Assembly: GCA_024704765.1 (NCBI GenBank)
Contig: JAKMXF010000199.1
Location: 124,001 to 188,000 of the forward strand
DNA length: 64,000 bases
From: Oopsacas minuta
Lineage: Eukaryota > Animalia > Porifera
Direction: 5' to 3'
A model generated the notes under the pieces. It searched no databases. It was not told the DNA's origin and saw only the letters and a list, made by a program, of their open reading frames with translations. Shown in pieces: positions 63,971 to 64,000 of the stretch. Every line of letters begins with the position of its first letter. The stretch's first letter is position 1. Position numbers and translations under genes: made by a program.

Positions 63971-64000
63971 CAGAAATAAATTATTATTATTATTAACTTT

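Overview
AT-rich eukaryotic (animal-like) genomic DNA; no prokaryotic operons, RNA genes or CRISPR-cas found. The only recognisable host gene is the 3' part of an RERE/Atrophin-2-like gene on the + strand: an ELM2-SANT exon (9246-9608), a SANT-GATA exon (17196-18157) and a long low-complexity last exon (34820-36404). These are joined by phase-compatible GT-AG introns of about 7.6 and 16.7 kb that consist largely of transposons. The rest is a dense transposon landscape: several hAT types (one apparently intact, 23398-26114), mariner DD34D, maT DD37D, Mutator-like, P-element, Ginger, Chapaev, Transib/RAG1-like, DIRS, an L2/CR1-like LINE and MITEs, some nested with readable target-site duplications. 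Most notable is a Transib/RAG1-like element (38900-40531) inside a P-element transposase. It has a perfect CACAGTG heptamer, a 5-bp TSD and asymmetric bipartite ends (5 vs 14 bp spacer), reminiscent of RSS 12/23 asymmetry. Also notable are a Chapaev element inside a LINE and a diverged but length-conserved ~61-bp array. All family calls come from recalled motifs, not database searches.
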